From: a virus | Lineage: Duplodnaviria > Caudoviricetes | Direction: 5' to 3' (one strand) | Virus record (IMG/VR): IMGVR_UViG_3300046011_006126 | Coordinates: 1 to 57,617 of that record | Length of the DNA stretch: 57,617 nucleotides | Part shown: piece after piece, positions 48,137 through 56,529 of the stretch | How positions within the stretch are numbered: the first letter of the stretch is position 1 | How the letters are laid out: each line of letters opens with the position of its first letter | Position numbers and translations under genes: made by a program | Notes under the pieces: model-generated | What the model saw: the letters and a program-made list of their open reading frames with translations, nothing else | What the model was told of the DNA's origin: nothing | Databases searched by the model: none

Positions 48137-49397
48137 CGTTACCTCTGGCAATATTTGCCCAGCGCATGGTTTTCCTGTCAAAGTGACACTGAACAATGCA
48201 CATGCTTTCACCGTGACGGTTTTTTTCGATAATGATTTCTGCCGGAGCCAGTTCATCATCCTTGTCTCGATACAGCATTAGGATTTGGTCGGCTTCTTGC
48301 TCAATAATCCCTGAGTCACGTAAATCAGACATAACCGGCCTGCGATTTGCTGCATCACGATTTAACTGAGCCAAGACCATCACTGGAATGTTTAACGTTC
48401 TGGCTATGTTTTTCATGGTTGTAACAACTTCACCAACATCAAGATTTTGATTTCCAATGCTCTTAACTGACTTAATCCGAGTCAGATAATCAATCACAAC
48501 AAAATCAATGCCACCGTCTATCATCCATGCCTTGCATTGCATCATCACATCGGCAGATGTAATTGCTGGCTTGTCATAAATTCGAACATTCAAAGCGGCT
48601 AGTCTGCTGGTGGTTGCTGTAAGCCTTGACCAATCAAGCTCATCAAGGTCAGCGTCACGCAGCTTGTGTCCTGCTATATCACTCTCTAATGCGGTCAATC
48701 TAAGCATTACTTGTGACGCTGACATTTCAGACGACACAAACCCAACACGCTTACCGGCCTTGGCAATGTTCAAAAGAACCGATGCGGCATAACTGGTTTT
48801 ACCAACACCAGGACGAGCGCCAACAACAACCATGTCTGACGGATGCAGCCCGCCTAAAACTTTGTCTACATCAATGATTCCGGTTTTAATACCGATTCCA
48901 CCCGTGTCTCTCGCATCAAAAGTAACCTCAAGTCGATCAAAGAAATCCCCCATCGCTTCATTGATGGTAAATGAATGTTTCTTTGTGGCTATTTCTGATG
49001 TTTCTAATACCGACTGCATTAATTCGCTGATAACCTCAGAAACCTCGTCACCTTCGTTCAACTTGATCATTGACGAGTGCAGCACATGGTTTAGCTGAGT
49101 TGATCGCCAGTTATCCCTGAGCTTATTGACGTAATGAGCAAGATTCTCAGTTGCCGCGAATGTTTGCGTATGGATCGCGACAAGTTCACTTAGAGCTGTT
49201 TTGCTGTTTAGCTGTTCAGATAGTGAAAAAGCATCAATCTCAATACCCTTTGCTGAAAGCTGCTTGATAGCCGCAACAGCTCCAGCCCATTTGTGAAAGT
49301 GGCGCTCATCAAGTTCAAACTTTGAAACCACATCAGGATTTCTTAATAAAATCCCAATGACCGCTTCCTCAAGGTGGATTAACTCAGCCACGGCCAA
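48129..49397 (-). CDS. dnaB: Replicative DNA helicase (DnaB family)
   Basis: GARPGVGKT Walker A, SSEMS, VIDYL, LAQLNR, SDLRDSG.IEQEAD, KNRHG. Confidence 0.96.
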   Translation of the reverse strand: MAVAELIHLEEAVIGILLRNPDVVSKFELDERHFHKWAGAVAAIKQLSAKGIEIDAFSLSEQLNSKTALSELVAIHTQTFAATENLAHYVNKLRDNWRSTQLNHVLHSSMIKLNEGDEVSEVISELMQSVLETSEIATKKHSFTINEAMGDFFDRLEVTFDARDTGGIGIKTGIIDVDKVLGGLHPSDMVVVGARPGVGKTSYAASVLLNIAKAGKRVGFVSSEMSASQVMLRLTALESDIAGHKLRDADLDELDWSRLTATTSRLAALNVRIYDKPAITSADVMMQCKAWMIDGGIDFVVIDYLTRIKSVKSIGNQNLDVGEVVTTMKNIARTLNIPVMVLAQLNRDAANRRPVMSDLRDSGIIEQEADQILMLYRDKDDELAPAEIIIEKNRHGESMCIVQCHFDRKTMRWANIARGNDD

Positions 49398-49743
49398 TTA
49401 CCTTGTAACCTTTAGGTGCAATCCTGTCACCAACCTGCTTGGCGTAGCTCAAGAACAATGGCAGGCTTGGCGGAAACTCTGAGCCGGATGCGTTCATCAA
49501 CCGAATAGCACCCTCGATTTGAAGCGGGTCAATATTCGCCAACTCTCTAGCCCACTCAAACTTGGCCATTTTGATCATCCCCGCTGATGTAAAACTCTCC
49601 ATCCAAAGCCGTGGGTAAATCACCGCCATTCGAGCAAAGAGCATGTCTGCCTGTTCCAGTGCCTGCTTGGTAGGCGTTGAAACCTGCAATACCTCCGAAT
49701 AATTCTGCTTCGAGGTTTCCAAGTCGTTGTTGTTTGTTTGCAT
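49384..49743 (-). CDS. Lambda P-like replication protein / helicase loader
   Basis: LF..MA.IYP..W, EW...L, QI..AI, FPPSLP.F pattern; AGGA SD before ATG 49743; overlaps initiator 3' end. Confidence 0.65.
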   Translation of the reverse strand: MQTNNNDLETSKQNYSEVLQVSTPTKQALEQADMLFARMAVIYPRLWMESFTSAGMIKMAKFEWARELANIDPLQIEGAIRLMNASGSEFPPSLPLFLSYAKQVGDRIAPKGYKVIGRG

Positions 49744-50503
49744 AGCCGTTTGTCCTTGCGGTATTATTCCCACCGTTGTGTTTAGAAATGCCCTGGTTTT
49801 GACTTGTCCGGTCGCCAGGGCTTTTTTGTGTTCGCATGTCTATCTCATCCTGCCAACGTTTGCCGTTTAGGTAAGTTGCTGGGTATGGAATGAACTTCCC
49901 GCCATCCTTTGCCCAATCAAAATCCTGAGTCTTGGCCAGAACAACAGCGTCGATAATCGTTTGCTGTAGTTGCTCGTCAGGATTTAGCTTGTTCCATGCC
50001 TTGAATGCGTCCTCCTTGCTTTTTCGTTTTGGGTAGATAGCCCAAAATTTATCGAATCCGTTTTCTGTTTCAGATGCTGGCGTTTTTGCGTTTTTGCGCA
50101 ATAAGGTTTTTATAGGTTCTATTACTGGTTCTAAAGTTACTGGTTTGGGTGAATCTCTTTCACTACCCCCTAGTGAATCTCTTTCACTACCTAGTGAATC
50201 TCTTTCACTACCTAGTGAATCTCTTTCACTACCTTTTGAAAGATTTAGCCAATATTTATTGACGCAATTCATTCCGTTTTCACGCTTAATTCTGGATACA
50301 GAAACAAGCCCTAAAGCCTCTAATTTTGAAATTTGATTAATGACCGACCGCTTTTCCATTCCGCATTCCTTGGCAAGCAAATCAAGCGAAGGATGACACT
50401 CACCTGTTTCGTGATTTGTCCTATTCGCCATCATTAACAATACGATTTTCTGCATAGCGGGCAGTCTTTGTTCTGTTGCCCATGTCATGGCTTGAAAGCT
50501 CAT
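49556..50503 (-). CDS. Replication initiator (O-like; N-terminal HTH_36)
   Basis: MS..AM.WA, K.VLL.MA, C.PS...LA.EC, F..FW..YPK, FIPYPATYLN..RW.DE; internal iterons. Confidence 0.9.
   Translation of the reverse strand: MSFQAMTWATEQRLPAMQKIVLLMMANRTNHETGECHPSLDLLAKECGMEKRSVINQISKLEALGLVSVSRIKRENGMNCVNKYWLNLSKGSERDSLGSERDSLGSERDSLGGSERDSPKPVTLEPVIEPIKTLLRKNAKTPASETENGFDKFWAIYPKRKSKEDAFKAWNKLNPDEQLQQTIIDAVVLAKTQDFDWAKDGGKFIPYPATYLNGKRWQDEIDMRTQKSPGDRTSQNQGISKHNGGNNTARTNGYANKQQRLGNLEAELFGGIAGFNAYQAGTGTGRHALCSNGGDLPTALDGEFYISGDDQNGQV
50149..50233. repeat. Replication origin iterons, 4 x GTGAATCTCTTTCACTACC
   Basis: Copies start at 50149, 50173, 50194, 50215; each holds the dyad GTGAA-N5-TTCAC; encode GSERDS(L/P); AT-rich tract adjacent. 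Confidence 0.9.
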
Positions 50504-50670
50504 TTTTGATTTCTTTGTTCGGTTCGGATCAACCCGATAAATTCGTCTATTAGCTCAACGGCTATTGCAATGTTTTGCTCAACTCCTGATCCGTATTCGA
50601 CCTGAGTTATTAATAAATAACCGTCATCAATTACTATTTCTGTTTTATCTTGATGTTTTAATACAGCCAT
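50500..50670 (-). CDS. Hypothetical protein
   Basis: AGGAG SD before MAVLKHQ; ATGA-coupled to initiator. Confidence 0.7.
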   Translation of the reverse strand: MAVLKHQDKTEIVIDDGYLLITQVEYGSGVEQNIAIAVELIDEFIGLIRTEQRNQK

Positions 50671-50799
50671 CGTCACTCCTCGCAATAACCTCGAAAAATA
50701 AGGATGAGCAGCAACCAGCCGAGGTACTGGCTTTCGGGTGCGCGTCCTAGCTGCTCAAATCGTTTAACCCTGTCTGTGCGGTAGCGCACATAAACCGGG

Positions 50800-51003
50800 T
50801 CAAGTTTTTTGAGAATCCTGACCTGTATAAGCGCCTGGTATTCTCGTAATTTGTAGCTGTGCCGATACCCCATAAAGCTCACGCTCAATGAGGTATCTCA
50901 AAAACTCAGACCGAGTGGAGAACCCAAGGTGTCTAGCAGCCAGCAAAAAATCATCATGTGTTTGTTCGCTAACCTTAGCCTTCAGCTCGCAGTCGGCGCT
51001 CAT
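50800..51003 (-). CDS. Ribbon-helix-helix regulator in the cII position
   Basis: ELKAKVSE...F...A..LG..TRSEFLR.LIE; ATGA-coupled to cro. Confidence 0.7.
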   Translation of the reverse strand: MSADCELKAKVSEQTHDDFLLAARHLGFSTRSEFLRYLIERELYGVSAQLQITRIPGAYTGQDSQKT

Positions 51004-51188
51004 TGGTAAAACTCAGTGATTACTTGCTGAAACGGTACGCCGCCCAACTCAGCAATTTTTTTGCAATACTTAGGACTAGGTATTGCGTGGCCATTAACCC
51101 AGTCGCATACAGTTGGCTGAGATACACCAATCTCTTTTGCTAATTGCTTTTGGCTTTTGCCTTTGTAGAGTTTTTTTAAAGTCTTCAT
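51000..51188 (-). CDS. cro: Cro-like HTH repressor
   Basis: SQKQLAKEIGVSQPTVCDWVNG..P; divergent from cI. Confidence 0.9.
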   Translation of the reverse strand: MKTLKKLYKGKSQKQLAKEIGVSQPTVCDWVNGHAIPSPKYCKKIAELGGVPFQQVITEFYQ

Positions 51189-51196
51189 GGTTAATT

Positions 51197-51238
51197 ATTA
51201 TAGGGGTTTCTGATATGCGTGCAATAGGTATTTATGAT
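51197..51238 (-). promoter_or_regulatory. PR-like promoter with two operators
   Basis: TTGCAC (51224-51219), 16 nt, TATAAT (51202-51197); operators ATAGG-N4-TMTGAT at 51200-51214 and 51224-51238. Confidence 0.8.
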
Positions 51239-51262
51239 TTTTACTTGCGCGACAATTGCCCA

Positions 51263-51688
51263 ATGAAATATCCTGAATTTTCAAACAGACTAAAGCAGCT
51301 CATAAAAGATAAGAAAGGCGACTTGTCACAACTTGAGGTCGCTAAATGGCTTGGCGTGTCACAACCAACTATCAATAGTTGGCTTCAAGGTGAAGCTATG
51401 CCTGGAATGCCAAAATCAATCGAATGCTGCAATAAACTTGACTGTTGTGTTGAGTATTTCTTGACAGGGAAGGGACCTAAACGATTTGTTGTTGATCTTA
51501 CAGACGACAAACATTTAAGAATTCTTCAGGCTTTGAAGTCTGCAAAAGCCGCCATTGAGTACGATGGGAGTGAAGAAGCCAAGAAAAACGAGGATGCGCT
51601 TTATAGGTTCGCTATTGATAGGGTTTTTGATGGGAATCTTACTGATAGCCAATTGAAGGCATTTTTATCAGTTCTTGTAAGTAAATAA
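51263..51688 (+). CDS. cI: CI-like XRE repressor lacking an S24 peptidase domain
   Basis: FSNRLKQL...SQLEVAKWLGVSQPTINSW.QG..MP...L....EYFLTG; probable ATG 51263. Confidence 0.88.
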   Translation: MKYPEFSNRLKQLIKDKKGDLSQLEVAKWLGVSQPTINSWLQGEAMPGMPKSIECCNKLDCCVEYFLTGKGPKRFVVDLTDDKHLRILQALKSAKAAIEYDGSEEAKKNEDALYRFAIDRVFDGNLTDSQLKAFLSVLVSK

Positions 51689-51761
51689 TTACGCACTTTT
51701 GTTCATAAGAGCTTAAAAATATGACGTTGTATAATTGCCACGGTTTAATAGTGGGTACAGA

Positions 51762-51854
51762 ATGGATAACATACCGATAGATCAGGAAATATTTGAGGAA
51801 GTATTAAGAGAAATAAAAAGACTTAAAGAAAAAAACGACAAGCCCTCGGAGTAG
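51762..51854 (+). CDS. Possible 30 aa peptide downstream of cI
   Basis: MDNIPIDQEIFEEVLREIKRLKEKNDKPSE; TATAAT at 51730-51735 upstream; ends in terminator. Confidence 0.45.
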   Translation: MDNIPIDQEIFEEVLREIKRLKEKNDKPSE

Positions 51855-51866
51855 GGCTTTTTTTTT
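51840..51866 (+). terminator. Rho-independent terminator of the cI transcript
   Basis: AAGCCCT-CGGAGT-AGGGCTT followed by T-tract. Confidence 0.85.
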
Positions 51867-51875
51867 GTTAAAATA

Positions 51876-51917
51876 ATCAGAATTACCTATTGACAAAAAA
51901 TCAGAAGACCCTATCAT
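51876..51917 (+). promoter_or_regulatory. PL-like promoter with two operators
   Basis: TTGACA 51890-51895, 16 nt, TATCAT 51912-51917; operators ATCAGA-N4-CCTAT at 51876-51890 and 51900-51914. Confidence 0.82.
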
Positions 51918-51952
51918 AACAACCAACTAAACAAACAACACCAAGAAACGAA

Positions 51953-52240
51953 ATGGGCGCTGTTTATAAAATAACTTTTCCTGATGGCTTGAGCTACATA
52001 GGCTCAACAAAGCATTCAATCAAAAGAAGAATGAGTGAACACAAAGCCGACTGCGTAGCAACCTTTAACAAATCAAGACCGATACATAGCGCAATTGATA
52101 AGTTTGGAATTGATTTATCAATGTTTGAAATTTTGTTTAGTAGTGATGAAATTGAATTGCTTAGAAAAACAGAAATTGAATTTATGCGACAACACAACAC
52201 ATTGATTCCAAATGGACTTAATGTAATTAGTTATCGATAA
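51953..52240 (+). CDS. GIY-YIG nuclease family protein
   Basis: AVYKI...SYIGST..R...H, E...I/M, PNGLN. Confidence 0.85.
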   Translation: MGAVYKITFPDGLSYIGSTKHSIKRRMSEHKADCVATFNKSRPIHSAIDKFGIDLSMFEILFSSDEIELLRKTEIEFMRQHNTLIPNGLNVISYR

Positions 52241-52280
52241 CCCAACAAAACGCGCTCGTTTTGTGATGTAGCCTCAACTT

Positions 52281-52306
52281 AACCCCGGTTAGTCCGGGGT
52301 CTTTTT
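52281..52306 (+). terminator. Rho-independent terminator (tL1-like)
   Basis: ACCCCGG-TTAGT-CCGGGGT then CTTTTT. Confidence 0.7.
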
Positions 52307-52490
52307 GAATTCGGCAGAAATGCCAAATACTCCAGACTGCTCTAGGCATCTGGTTTTAGCTCTTTGAAGTGGTAACAAATGACCGGCCTAGCGGTATCTA
52401 GGCAACTCGCAACTGTGGAAAAGTGGCGATTAACCCTTCTGCCTTAAAACAGGAGGCTCATAAAAATGACAGCCCGGAAAGACGGGCAAC

Positions 52491-52708
52491 TTGAGTTTTG
52501 AAGTGATTGGTGAATGCGTAGGCGATACGCAAAGAAGTGCCTAATTGACAGGGTGAAGTTGGAGGAATGGCTTGGTGTAGCTTTGCAAGCGTAAATCATC
52601 GGCAATATGGTCACTACAAAGGCTATGGGCATAATAAAGGGAGCAAAACCTTTATACATAGACGTCATGCCGGGATCGCATCCGGCCACCAATCACTTGA
52701 AAGCTCGA
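52491..52708 (+). ncRNA. Structured tRNA-like/cloverleaf ncRNA with kissing loops
   Basis: AAGTGATTGGTG (52501-52512) pairs perfectly with CACCAATCACTT (52687-52698) and the stem extends further; first hairpin TGCGTA-GGCGA-TACGCA, last hairpin GCCGG-GATCGCAT-CCGGC; loops complementary (GCGA/TCGC). Confidence 0.7.
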
Positions 52709-52782
52709 ATAATCGACTGGCAAGGGGTCGGACTCAAACCAGCTCGGGCTTTCTTTATCAATTATAAATCGGAGGCTACTAC

Positions 52783-53079
52783 ATGACTCTCGCACAAATC
52801 GCGGCAGAACGCCGCAAAGAACTGGAAAAAACCGGCAAATTGCCGCACGACAAACGCTTTGATGATCGCGTAAAGCGTGAGTCTCACAACTGCATAATCC
52901 TATTGGCGTTGCTTACTGCTGGCGTTTATGTCCTTAGCATTGACGCTTATTACCGTTTCAATTATGCGCCCGCTCAATCTGGAGAAATCAGGGCAAAGTC
53001 GGAAATGTCCAAGGCCGAAATAAAGGAACTGAACATAGCCAAAGCACCAGCGGAGAAGCGTCATGTATTGCCACGTTAG
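52783..53079 (+). CDS. Hypothetical single-TM early protein
   Basis: GGAGG SD; CIILLALLTAGVYVLSI segment. Confidence 0.75.
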   Translation: MTLAQIAAERRKELEKTGKLPHDKRFDDRVKRESHNCIILLALLTAGVYVLSIDAYYRFNYAPAQSGEIRAKSEMSKAEIKELNIAKAPAEKRHVLPR

Positions 53080-53365
53080 TCGCCAATGCGACGACCACGC
53101 GCATGGTGAGCATGTAGCCGACCGTTTTCATGATGCGCTGAATAAGCGCATTGCTGAACTAACTGCGGAAGGTGCTGAGTTTGATCCTTTTGACTTAGAA
53201 AACATAAACGAGGCGTTAGGGTCTTTAACGCTTTGTCAGAGGCTTATTCAGCGCGAAGCCTACAAGTTTTATCCTGAAAAGGTAGGGATACTGCAAACCA
53301 ACTGGATTAATCAATATTGGACGCTTCAAGCAGAAAACAAAGCAATCGAGGAGTTCTCAAAATGA
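53063..53365 (+). CDS. Hypothetical protein
   Basis: 100 aa, GGAG SD, coupled to recT. Confidence 0.75.
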   Translation: MYCHVSRQCDDHAHGEHVADRFHDALNKRIAELTAEGAEFDPFDLENINEALGSLTLCQRLIQREAYKFYPEKVGILQTNWINQYWTLQAENKAIEEFSK

Positions 53366-54366
53366 GCGCACAACTACAAAACGCACCGCCAAGAAAATTT
53401 AGCATGGCAATACAAGGCGATGGTTACAAAAAACTAATTGCCAACACGCTGAGCGATCCAAAGCGTTCGGAACGCTTTATTGCCGCGGTATCGTCTGCGG
53501 TAGCCACAAACCCAGCGTTGCAAGAGTGTGACGCAGGAACGATATTGTCATCGGCATTACTGGGTGAGTCGCTGCAATTGGCGCACTCGCCTCAGCTTGG
53601 CCATTACTACATGGTGCCTTACGAGGACCGCAAGAATAACCGCAAGGTTGCACAGTTCCAGCTTGGTTACAAAGGTTATGTGCAACTGGCTACACGGTCA
53701 GGATTCTATAAAAAACTGAACGTATTGGCGATTAAAGCCGGTGAATTGGTCAGTTTCAATCCTCTTGAAGAAGAGATTGAAATCAATCTGATTGAGGATG
53801 AAGCCGAGCGTGAAGCCGCTGAAACCGTAGGTTATTACGCCATGTTTGAGTACATGAACGGCTTTCGCAAGGCTATGTACTGGTCCTACGCAAAAATGCT
53901 GAGTCATGCCGACAAATACAGCAAAGCATTTAACAAGGAAATGTACAAAAAGCTTATTGCCGGTGAAATACCAGAAAAAGAGCAATGGAAGTATTCGTCG
54001 TTTTGGTACAAATCGTTCGATGACATGGCCTACAAAACCATGCTGCGTAACCTGATCAGTCGTTGGGGTGTTATGTCGGTAGAAATGACTGAAGCCTACT
54101 CAAAAGACCACTCAACCATTAACGAAGATGGCACGTACAGCTACATAGATAACGCCGACAGCGCCACGGTAGTAAACGACGAGCCAGAACAAGCACCATC
54201 GCTTCCAGAATTGAGTGATGAAGATTTCAAAGCCAAGCAGCAGCCTTGGTATGACGCAATAACCAGTGGGAAAAAAACGTCCACACAAATTATCACCATG
54301 CTGAAGTCAAAGTACACGCTGACTGAAGAGCAAGAAAACACTATTAACGACTGGAGCGAGCAGTAA
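53362..54366 (+). CDS. recT: RecT-family ssDNA annealing recombinase
   Basis: L..C...TI, LG.YY.VPY, AQFQLGYKG.VQLA.RSG, W...FD.MA.KT.LR; start ATG 53362 after GAGGAG. Confidence 0.92.
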   Translation: MSAQLQNAPPRKFSMAIQGDGYKKLIANTLSDPKRSERFIAAVSSAVATNPALQECDAGTILSSALLGESLQLAHSPQLGHYYMVPYEDRKNNRKVAQFQLGYKGYVQLATRSGFYKKLNVLAIKAGELVSFNPLEEEIEINLIEDEAEREAAETVGYYAMFEYMNGFRKAMYWSYAKMLSHADKYSKAFNKEMYKKLIAGEIPEKEQWKYSSFWYKSFDDMAYKTMLRNLISRWGVMSVEMTEAYSKDHSTINEDGTYSYIDNADSATVVNDEPEQAPSLPELSDEDFKAKQQPWYDAITSGKKTSTQIITMLKSKYTLTEEQENTINDWSEQ

Positions 54367-56156
54367 TGGAACGCATAACACACGATTTGCAGCAAGGCAC
54401 ACCAGAATGGCATCAATTCCGCGCACAGCATCACGGAGCCAGTGAAGCATCGGCCATGTTGGGATTATCGCCTTATAAGGGGCGCACAGAACTGTTGCGG
54501 GAAAAGAAAACCGGCATAACGCAAGACGTTGACGCTGCAACACAGCGCATATTTGACCGTGGGCATGAGATTGAGTCACTTGCGCGGCCAATGGCAGAAG
54601 CATTGATCGTTGAAGATTTATTCCCTGTCACTATGTCATACGGAAATCTATCAGCATCTTGCGACGGTTTAACGTTTGATGAAACGATTGCTTGGGAGTG
54701 CAAAAGCTCAAACAAGGCCGATTTTGAAATTGTACAAAACGGCGGATTACCCGAAAAGCACTGGCCACAATGCCAGCAAGTGATGCTGGTTACTGGCGCT
54801 GATAGGTTGTTATTCACTATCAGCGATGGTACAGAGGAAGGTACAGCTCATACATGGGTTAATGCCGACGCAGAATTGCAGCAGCGCATTATCGACGGAT
54901 GGCAGCAATTCAGTCGTGATCTTGAAACCTTCGAGCCAGAACCGGAAGTTATAAAAGCTCAAGCAACGCTGGTTGATGACTTACTGTTGCCTTCCATTGT
55001 TGTTACCGGGCAAATCGCTGTTGAATCAAATCTTGAATTGTTCGGTGAAGTTCTGCATGACTTTATTGGTCGCATCAACGTCAAGCCCCAAACCGATGAA
55101 GATTTTGTAAACATCGGCAAGGCTATCAAGTCTCTTGAAAAGGCTGAGGAATGGCTGGATAAGCAAGAGGAAGGTGTTATCTCAAAGTTTGACCAGCTCA
55201 ATCAAACCATTGCACTTAAAAACACCCTGAAAGAATTGGCGCGTGAAAATCGGTTAATGCTGCAAAAGATCGACAAAGCAGAGAAGGAAAACCGTAAGGC
55301 GCAAATTGTGGCAGCGGCCCGGAATGATTTGTTTGAGCATCAACAGCGCATTCAAAGCGAGTTGCCGGTAACTTTTACTCATCAGGCTGTTAATTTTGCC
55401 GATGCAATCAAAGGCAAAAAAACAATCTCATCCATGCAGGATGCAGTCAACACCATGTTGGCCAATGCCAAGATTGAAGCTGATGCACTGGCGCGTGACC
55501 TGCGAGAAAAGCATGTCTGGTACATCGAAAACGCTGGCGAGTATTCATTCCTGTTTAGCGACTTGTCTGCACTGATTTACAAAGACAGCGACTCTTTCCA
55601 GGCTGTTTGCCGTAATCGCATCATGACACACCAAGAGCAGGAAAAAGCTAAAGCAGAAGCGGCAGAAAAAGCCCAGGCTGAACGCGAAAAGCGCATTGCG
55701 GCCGAGGCAGCAGAAAAAGCAGCCAAGGCCGAACGTGAACGCATAGCCGCGGAGCAGGCTGCAAACAAAATGGCCGAGGAGCAAGCAAAATCCGATCAAG
55801 CCTACCGTGAAAAGTTGGAGCTATTAAACCAAGAGGAGTTAGAACGTGCAGCGCAGAAAGCTAACCCGGAAAAAGCGCATATTGAAGTTGCTAAAAATAC
55901 ACCTATTGAACAAGTGCCCGTATTTAACCAAGAAATTCAGGACCAAAGTAAAGCTATCGAAATCATACCGGGCGTAGTGGTTGACAAAGTAATTGAAGGC
56001 TTTAAGCCAGCCCAGCAATCCCCAGGAGTAACGTACTTGCCTAACAGGGATCAGATTATCGGCGCAATTGCCGCCAAATTTTCCCTCACCAAAGATGAAG
56101 CGTTGCAAGCCATTGCAAAGGCTTTTTATGTTCATGAAGAATCTGAGGTGGCGTAA
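54366..56156 (+). CDS. YqaJ/lambda-exonuclease family protein with long coiled-coil tail
   Basis: QGTPEW..FR....GASEA, RGH..E..AR, LSASCDG, WECK, Q.Q.QM.V. Confidence 0.92.
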   Translation: MERITHDLQQGTPEWHQFRAQHHGASEASAMLGLSPYKGRTELLREKKTGITQDVDAATQRIFDRGHEIESLARPMAEALIVEDLFPVTMSYGNLSASCDGLTFDETIAWECKSSNKADFEIVQNGGLPEKHWPQCQQVMLVTGADRLLFTISDGTEEGTAHTWVNADAELQQRIIDGWQQFSRDLETFEPEPEVIKAQATLVDDLLLPSIVVTGQIAVESNLELFGEVLHDFIGRINVKPQTDEDFVNIGKAIKSLEKAEEWLDKQEEGVISKFDQLNQTIALKNTLKELARENRLMLQKIDKAEKENRKAQIVAAARNDLFEHQQRIQSELPVTFTHQAVNFADAIKGKKTISSMQDAVNTMLANAKIEADALARDLREKHVWYIENAGEYSFLFSDLSALIYKDSDSFQAVCRNRIMTHQEQEKAKAEAAEKAQAEREKRIAAEAAEKAAKAERERIAAEQAANKMAEEQAKSDQAYREKLELLNQEELERAAQKANPEKAHIEVAKNTPIEQVPVFNQEIQDQSKAIEIIPGVVVDKVIEGFKPAQQSPGVTYLPNRDQIIGAIAAKFSLTKDEALQAIAKAFYVHEESEVA

Positions 56157-56527
56157 TGGCAACGCATACACCAGGTCCTTGGTTTGTGCATTATTGCGAC
56201 GATGAGGAAAGCATGTGCATGACCGCTATTACCAATAAAAACTTTGGACTAGGAAATACAAAGCAATTTGATGATGAGTCAGCAAAGCACACAGTTGCGA
56301 TTGTTTTCCATCAGTGCTGGCCGTGTGTTGGCGCTGAAATGAATGACGAAGAAAACGCCCGACTTATCGCCGCCGCGCCAGAATTGCTTTCAGCACTGGA
56401 AGAGCTTGAAAAGTATTTTGTGGGCAAATACACAAGCTACAAAGGGACCGATACGGAATGGGATTCTGCAAAATTTAACGCCGAGAAAACCGCCTCAGCA
56501 CTGATCAAAAAGCTCAAAGGAGATTAA
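56156..56527 (+). CDS. Hypothetical phage protein (HTPGPW...NARLIAAAPELL family)
   Basis: Signature motifs. Confidence 0.8.
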   Translation: MATHTPGPWFVHYCDDEESMCMTAITNKNFGLGNTKQFDDESAKHTVAIVFHQCWPCVGAEMNDEENARLIAAAPELLSALEELEKYFVGKYTSYKGTDTEWDSAKFNAEKTASALIKKLKGD

Positions 56528-56529
56528 TC

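Noticed and set aside
50149-50233. Short direct repeats as a possible CRISPR array
   Set aside because: No spacers; they are in-frame iterons within the initiator and no cas genes are present.
1885-50503. Many plus-strand ORFs of 60-180 aa opposite the structural and replication genes (e.g. 17303-17839, 11522-11977, 29951-30454)
   Set aside because: Antisense shadows of well-supported genes; mostly non-ATG starts and S/P/L-rich non-protein-like composition.
50673-50888. 71 aa ORF between the cII-position gene and the next gene
   Set aside because: Non-ATG start overlapping the upstream gene and no recognisable motif; a shorter real gene cannot be excluded.
52491-52708. Canonical tRNA gene
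   Set aside because: Too long and lacks the TTC T-loop and an anticodon arm; kept as a tRNA-like ncRNA instead.
52567-52767. 66 aa plus-strand ORF with GGAGG immediately upstream
   Set aside because: SD spacing is too short, the product is not protein-like, and the region is better explained by RNA structure.
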